A DNA stretch of 64,000 bases from an uncultured Chloroflexia bacterium. Its GTDB lineage: Bacteria; Chloroflexota; Limnocylindria; Limnocylindrales; CSP1-4. Made by a program: the position numbers and the translations under genes. The notes beneath the pieces were generated by a model. That model saw only the letters and a list, made by a program, of their open reading frames with translations. It did not search any database and was not told where the DNA came from. This document shows positions 58,010-64,000 of the stretch, in pieces (positions within the stretch are counted from its first letter, which is position 1; every line of letters begins with the position of its first letter). Location: contig CAVQQU010000005.1 in the NCBI GenBank assembly GCA_963715085.1, positions 163,881 through 227,880 of the forward strand, given 5' to 3'.

Positions 58010-59131
58010 ATGAGCGGCGCCACCGTCGACCAGCTGCTCGCAGGGATCACGGGCCTCACGTGGCAGTCCCTGGTGATGTTCGCCGTCGCCGGGATCCTGC
58101 TCTACCTGGCGATCGTTCGCGAGTACGAGCCGCTGCTTCTCCTGCCGATCGCGGCGGGCTGCCTTCTCGCCAACCTGCCCCTCTCGCCGATGATCGGAGA
58201 GGAGGGGCTCCTCACGCTCCTCTACGACGCGGGGATCGAGAACGAGCTCTTCCCGCTCCTCATCTTCATCGGGATCGGCGCCATGACCGACTTCGGCCCC
58301 TTGCTGGAGAACCCGCGGATGATCCTGCTCGGCGCCGCCGGGCAGTTCGGGATCTTCGGCGTCCTCATCCTGGCCCTCCTCCTCGGCTTCAGCCGCGAGG
58401 AGGCCGCGTCGATCGGGATCATTGGCGCCATCGACGGACCGACCTCGATCTACGTCAGCGGGATCCTGGCCCCGCACCTCCTGGGACCCATCACCGTCGC
58501 CGCCTACAGCTACATGGCCCTGGTGCCGGTGATCATGCCGCCGGTCATGCGGGCCCTCACCAGCCCCGAGGAGCGCCGGATCAGGATGCCGTACGGCGGC
58601 CGCGCGGTGAGCCGACGGACCCGGATCCTCTTCCCGATTGGGGTGACGCTGCTCGTCGGGACGCTCGTGCCGTTCGCCACGCCGCTCGTCGGCTCGCTCA
58701 TGCTCGGCAACCTCATGCGAGAGTCGAGCGTCGTGGAGCGGCTCACGAAGATGTCCTCGAACGAGCTGGCGAACATCGTCACGCTCTTCCTCGGCCTCGC
58801 GATCGGGTCGACGATGGTCGGCGAGCAGTTCCTGAACGGGACGACGCTGGCGATCCTCGGCCTCGGCATCCTCGCCTTCGCGCTCGACACGGCGGCCGGG
58901 CTGGTCTTCGCCAAGGGCCTCAACCGGCTCGCCGGCGGGACCTTCAACCCGTTGATCGGGGCGGCCGGGATCAGCGCCTTCCCGATGGCGGCGCGGGTCG
59001 TCCAGCGCGTGGCGCAGGAGGAGGACTTCGAGAGCTACCCGCTGATGCACGCGATGGGGGCCAACGCCGCCGGCCAGGTCGCCAGCGTCGTCGCGGGTGG
59101 GGTGCTGCTGGCGCTGATGGCCGCGGCCTGA
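58010..59131 (+). CDS. Na+-translocating decarboxylase beta subunit (OadB/MmdB/GcdB family)
   Basis: Intact 373 aa polytopic protein with strong OadB-family similarity throughout (LLYDAGIENELFPLLIFIGIGAMTDFGPLL...). Confidence 0.85.
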   Translation: MSGATVDQLLAGITGLTWQSLVMFAVAGILLYLAIVREYEPLLLLPIAAGCLLANLPLSPMIGEEGLLTLLYDAGIENELFPLLIFIGIGAMTDFGPLLENPRMILLGAAGQFGIFGVLILALLLGFSREEAASIGIIGAIDGPTSIYVSGILAPHLLGPITVAAYSYMALVPVIMPPVMRALTSPEERRIRMPYGGRAVSRRTRILFPIGVTLLVGTLVPFATPLVGSLMLGNLMRESSVVERLTKMSSNELANIVTLFLGLAIGSTMVGEQFLNGTTLAILGLGILAFALDTAAGLVFAKGLNRLAGGTFNPLIGAAGISAFPMAARVVQRVAQEEDFESYPLMHAMGANAAGQVASVVAGGVLLALMAAA

Positions 59132-59150
59132 ACCTCGGCGGACGTCGTCG

Positions 59151-60531
59151 TCAGGCGACGACGCTCGGGAGGTCTCGATAGGCGCCTTTCCGCCACGTGC
59201 CGTCGACCATGTCGCCCATGATCCGGGTGAGCAGGTCGGCGAACCCGGGGTCGAGGATGTGCATGTCGGCCGCGAGCACGTCGAGGTGCTCGTTCGAGGG
59301 CTCGACCGCCGTCGCCACCGTCCGCCAGGTGATCGCCGCCTTGCGCGACCACGCCGGCACTTCGGGATCGGCCTCCCAGGTGGGTCCGTCGCCGTTACCC
59401 TCCGCCCAGCCCCGCGCCCGCGTGGCCGTGACCTCCGGCTGGTCATAGGCGGAGAGGCCCCGCAAGGGCACGACGAAGGCCGTGGGCCCGGTCGCCCGGC
59501 AGAGGCGCGCGGCGACCAGGCGGGCCACCTCGGCGCTCTCGTCGGGCGTCGGCCGGATGGTCGTCACGTTCGCGTTGTGGAGATACGGCGCGCGCGTGCC
59601 GTGGTGGCCCGCGCGCCGGCCATCGGCGATCTCGTCGAGGATCCGCTGGGGGACCACCTCGAGCGCGCCATGGGACGCCTGGTCGAGCCCGCCGGGGACG
59701 ACGACCTGGGGGATGCCGAGTTCGCCGGCGGCCGTCAGGCGCTCGCCCTCCCAGGTGTCGGGGGCGCGGTAGACGCTGCCGAGGTGACCGCCCATGAGCT
59801 CGGCGATCGTGAGGTCGATGACCGCGGTGATCTGCCCGGAGCGGACGAGGTCCTCCATCGTCGCTCCGGGCACGCCGACGGCGTGGAAGACCGCGACGTC
59901 CCAGCCGCGCGCCTCCATGAACGCCGAGCAGCGGGCAACCGTCGGTGTCGTCGAGCCGTAGGCCGTGATCGCGCAGAGCGGGCGCCCACCGGCCGTGACC
60001 TCGGGCAGCCTCGCCATGCCGACAATGGCCGCGGCGGCGTTCGCGACCGCGCGCCGGGTCACGACGTTGATGCCCTGCTCGGCAGTCGGGTTGACCATCC
60101 AGATGTCCTTGGTGCCGACCCAGCGGCTGATGTCGCTGGCGACCATGTCGCTCAGCATCACCTTCGGGACGCCGAACGGCAGCGCCCGCATGACCATCGT
60201 CGCCGTCGTCGTCCCCACGGCGCCGGCCCACGAGATGATCCCGTCGCAGCGACCGGCGGCGTGCAGCTCCAGGATCTTGGCCGCGCCGGCGTGCCCGACC
60301 AGGTCGATGGCCGCCGCCCTGGGGGCCGCGTAGACGGCTTCCGGCAGCCGTGCCGGTCGCGGCCAGCACCTCGCCCAGCGAGACGTCCGCCCAGTCGACG
60401 GCGCCGCCCAGGCTCAGGTCCATGATGAGCGGCCTGCCGCCGTGCACCGCGACCTGCTCGGCGAGGAACCGGATCTCGACGCCCTTCGTGTTGCACATCC
60501 CGGTGACGACGATCGTCGGCGCCTCGCTCAT
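59151..60531 (-). pseudogene. UPF0261 (Tm-1-like) family protein; frameshifted two or more times
   Basis: AGGAGG RBS. MSEAPTIVVTGMCNTKGVEIRFLAEQV. The body GTTTATMVMRALPFGVPKVMLS. Confidence 0.6.
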
Positions 60532-60709
60532 GGGTACCTCCTGGGACGGGCCGCTGTGGGCCACGTGTCAGACGGTGGCCCCCTGCCCGTGTCCATGATG
60601 GCGCTCCAGCTTCCCTCGCACCTGCCCCCAAGGAGCTCCCGGCGCGCACCGCGTGTCCGGGGCGGCGCACACCGCGTCGCCCGGGGCGGCGCGCCGGTAT
60701 CCTTCGCGT

Positions 60710-62411
60710 ATGCGCCTGAGCCATCTCTTCTTCACGACCCTCCGCGACGACCCCTCTGACGCGGAGATGCCGAGCCATCGCCTCCTGGTCCGGGCCGGCT
60801 ACGTCCGCCAGCTGGGCGCCGGCATCTACTCGCTGCTGCCGCTCGGCTTCCGGGTGGCGAAGCGGGTGGAGCAGGTGATCCGCGAGGAGATGGACCGGAT
60901 CGGCTGCCAGGAGATGGAGATGCCGGTCGTCCATCCGGCCGAGCTCTGGAAGGAGACCGGGCGCTGGTACCAGATCGGCCCCGAGATGGCCCGCTTCAAG
61001 GACCGCGGCGGACGCGACATGGTCCTGGCCATGACCCACGAGGAGGTCGTCGCGAGCCTCCTGGCCGACCTCGTGAAGAGCTACCGCCAGCTGCCGATGA
61101 TGGTCTACCACTTCCAGACGAAGTGGCGCGACGAGCCGCGTTCCCGGGGCGGGCTCATCCGCGTCCGCGAGTTCGTCATGAAGGACTCGTACACCTGCGA
61201 TCTCGACGAGGCCGGCCTCGACGTCGCCTACGAGAAGCACTACGAGGCGTACACCAGGATCTTCGAGCGGCTGGGGTTGCGGGCCGTCGCGGTCGCCTCG
61301 GACGTGGGGATGATGGGCGGCACGGGTGCCCACGAGTTCATGGTCCTCAACGAGTACGGCGAGGACGTCCTGGTCCTGTGCGAGACGTGCGGCTTCTCCG
61401 CCAACCGGCAGGTCGCGACCGTCCGCGTGTCCGAGCCGCCGGCGGGCGAGCCACTCCCGCTCGAGGAGGTGGCCACTCCCGGCACCACCACGATCGCGGA
61501 TCTCGCTGCGTTCCTCGGGATCAGCCCCGAGGAGACGGCCAAGGCGACCTTCTTCGTGGACGGCGACGGGCGGCTCATCACCGCCATCGTCCGGGGCGAC
61601 ATGGAGGTCAACGAGACCAAGCTCGCCAACGCGACCGGCGCCCGCGCGCTTCGGCCGGCCCAGGTCGAGGAGATCAAGGCGGCCGGGATGGAGCCCGGCT
61701 ACGGCTCGCCGATCGGCGCCCGCGGCGCCTTCATCCTCGTGGACGAGCTGGTGGCTCGCTCCTCCAACCTCGTGGCCGGCGCCAACCGGGAGGGGTTCCA
61801 CTACCGCAACGTCAACGTCGGCCGCGACTTCACGCCCGACCTTGTCGCGGACCTGGCCAACGCCCGCGAGGGCGACGGATGTCCCACCTGCGGCTCGCCG
61901 GTCATCCTGCGCAACGGGATCGAGGTCGGCAACATCTTCAAGCTGGGCACGAAGTACACGACCGCCCTCGGCGCGACGTACCTCGGCGAGGACGGCATGG
62001 CGCATCCCATCGTCATGGGCTCCTATGGCATCGGCGTCGGGCCGCGCCCTCGCCTGCGTCGTCGAGGCCCACCATGACGCGAAGGGGATCGCCTGGCCGG
62101 CCGAGGTGGCGCCCTACGCGGCCCACGTCGTGACCGTGTCGGCGGCGAAGGACCCACGCGTCACCGAGATCGCCGAGCGCCTCCACGACCAGGCCCGCGA
62201 CGCCGGCCGCGAGGTCATCTGGGACGACCGCGACGAGTCGCCGGGCGTCAAGTTCACCGACGCCGAGCTCCTCGGGATGCCCCTGATCGTCACGATCAGC
62301 CCGCGCTCGCTGGCGGCGGGCGGCGCCGAGGTGACCGTGCGGGCGACCGGCGAGCGGACGATCGAATCGCTCGAGGCGGTCGAAGCGCGCCTCCTGGCCA
62401 AGGCCGGGTAA
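60710..62411 (+). pseudogene. proS: Proline--tRNA ligase; one frameshift near 62040
   Basis: Bacterial-type ProRS with an INS domain. The class II motifs. The C-terminal anticodon-binding domain is in a second frame. Confidence 0.8.
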
Positions 62412-62437
62412 GCAGGCCGGCGGCGGCCCCGATCCCG

Positions 62438-63650
62438 ATGGGTGCGCTGCTCGAGTACGGCGCCCTTCTCGCGCTCGTCGCGGCCGCGCTGCTCCTGCTC
62501 GCCGGATGGCTCCAGCGACGCGGCGCCCGGCAGGGGTCGTCCAGGCCCGCGCCGGCCGATGTGGCGGTCGAGGCGCGCCTCGCGGCGGCCGACGAGCGGG
62601 CGGCGGCTGCTCACCGCGACGCGGCCGTCCTCGTCGAGCTCGTCGGCGTTGGAGCCGTCCACCTGGACCCTGACCTCACGGTGACGGCCGCGAACGAGGC
62701 AGCCCATCGGCTGGTGGGCCGGCGACCGGGCGCGATGGTCGGAGGCAGCGTTCTCGAAGCGTTCACCGATCATCACGTCGAGGAGATCGCCCGCACCGCG
62801 CTCGCGTCCGGTTCGGCAGTCGGCGAGCTCACCGTGCGGATCGAGCACGGTCCGACGCTGCTGGCCCGCGCCCAGCGGATGCCGGCGAGGTGACGCCTGG
62901 CTCGTGCTCGAGGACGTCTCAGAGCTGCGGCGCCTGCAGCGCATTCGCACCGAGTTCCTCGACAACCTCAGCCACGAGCTGCGCACGCCGCTGACGACCA
63001 TCAGCCTCCTCGCGGAGACGCTGGCCGCCGACGCGGACACCCTGCCGCCTAGGGCCGCGGAGCGGGTGGCGAAGATCGAGGTTGAGACCGGGCACCTCGT
63101 CCAGATGGTCAACGAGCTGCTCGACCTTTCGCGGATCGAATCGGGGATCGCGACCGAGGCCCTCGATGCCGTCGACCTCGGACGCCTGGCGGTCGAGACG
63201 GCGGACCGCATGCGACTCTTCGCCGAGCGGCAGGGCGTGATCATCGAAGTCCGTGCCCCGCCCGCCCTCCCGCTCGTACGCGGCGACCGCGAGCGGCTCG
63301 GCCAGGCGCTCCTGAACCTGCTCCACAACGCCGTCAAGTTCAGCCCGGCCGGATCGACCGTGGCCATCATCGTCCTGGTCGCCGAGACGGAGGTGATCGT
63401 CGCGGTGGAGGATCACGGCCCGGGGATCCCGCGGACCGCACTGCCGAGGATCTTCGAGCGCTTCTACAAGGTCGACCGGGCTCGCACGCGCGGCGCCGGC
63501 GGCACCGGCCTCGGTCTTTCGATCGTCCGCCACGTCGTCGAGGCGCACGGCGGCCGGATCTGGGCGGAGTCCGAGGAGGGCGTGGGGTCGACCTTCTCGT
63601 TCGCGATCCCGGTCGCAGGCCCGGACCTCGCAGCGACGCCGGGCGGCTGA
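62438..63650 (+). pseudogene. PAS-domain sensor histidine kinase, SenX3-like; one frameshift near 62890
   Basis: N-terminal TM and PAS. H-box LSHELRTPLT. N, G1 and G2 boxes (HNAVKF, EDHGPGI, GGTGLGLSI). Confidence 0.75.
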
Positions 63651-63652
63651 CC

Positions 63653-64000
63653 GTGCTCCTGCTGGCCCATCGGGGCGACCACCGCGAGGCACCGGAGAAC
63701 ACGCTCGCGGCCTTCGCGGCCGCGCTGGCGATTCCCGGGGTCGACGGCCTCGAGCTCGACCTCCGGGCATCTGCGGACGGCATCGCAGTCGTCCTCCACG
63801 ACGCCTCGTTGGCGCGCGTGCAGCGCCGGAGCATCCGTGCGTCGCGGCTTGCTGCTGGAGAGCTGGCTGCGTTCGGCGTTCCCGGCCTCATCGATGTGCT
63901 GGCTGCCTGCCCCCCCGGCGCGTTCCTCGATGTCGAGCTGAAGGAGGATCTGGGCGAGGCCGCGCTGGCGCCGCTGCGGGCTGCCCGGGGTCGCGACGAC
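63653..64000 (+). CDS. Glycerophosphodiester phosphodiesterase family protein; the 3' end is truncated by the window edge
   Basis: GTG start overlapping the HK stop. The GDPD N-terminal motif HRGDHREAPENTLAAF. Confidence 0.6.
   Translation, partial: MLLLAHRGDHREAPENTLAAFAAALAIPGVDGLELDLRASADGIAVVLHDASLARVQRRSIRASRLAAGELAAFGVPGLIDVLAACPPGAFLDVELKEDLGEAALAPLRAARGRDD

Noticed and set aside
52364-63650. Treating the RegX3-like regulator and the SenX3-like kinase as an adjacent cognate two-component operon
   Set aside because: They are about 9.4 kb apart with five unrelated genes in between and the regulator comes first. They are reported as separate features, with possible partnership only as a hypothesis.

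Overview
This is a 64 kb window at about 72% GC with Actinomycetota-like gene content: SufB/SufD with a Rieske protein, an F420-type LLM oxidoreductase, two Lgt paralogues, MarR-RND, IdeR/DtxR, RegX3/SenX3-like signalling and strong GGAGG ribosome-binding sites. I found no rRNA, tRNA, CRISPR array, transposase or integrase. Gene content is chromosomal housekeeping and metabolism, with about 60 genes. (1) An amino-acid ABC transporter operon. (2) A MarR plus RND efflux operon. (3) sufB-sufD-Rieske. (4) An iron module with an MbfA-like ferritin-VIT protein and IdeR. (5) cbs plus cystathionine gamma-synthase/lyase plus mdh. (6) A reductive pyrimidine or hydantoin catabolic island: beta-ureidopropionase-like amidase, F420/LLM oxidoreductase, dihydropyrimidinase, NCS1 permease, methylmalonate-semialdehyde dehydrogenase, omega-aminotransferase and upp. 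(7) A four-gene Na+-translocating methylmalonyl-CoA-type decarboxylase cluster (carboxyltransferase, OadG-like gamma, biotin carrier, OadB-like beta). (8) A phosphate module: RegX3-like response regulator, DUF47, PiT, SenX3-like kinase and a glycerophosphodiester phosphodiesterase. The dominant technical observation is that about half of the genes, including essential ones (sufD, gltX, proS, lgt, upp), need one to four frame changes to read through. Indel errors in the assembly explain this better than real pseudogenes. I mark those genes as pseudogene with the intended product given. The long proline/arginine/glycine-rich ORFs in the six-frame track are stop-poor GC artefacts and were ignored. 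All coordinates for frameshifted genes are approximate, give or take a few codons.
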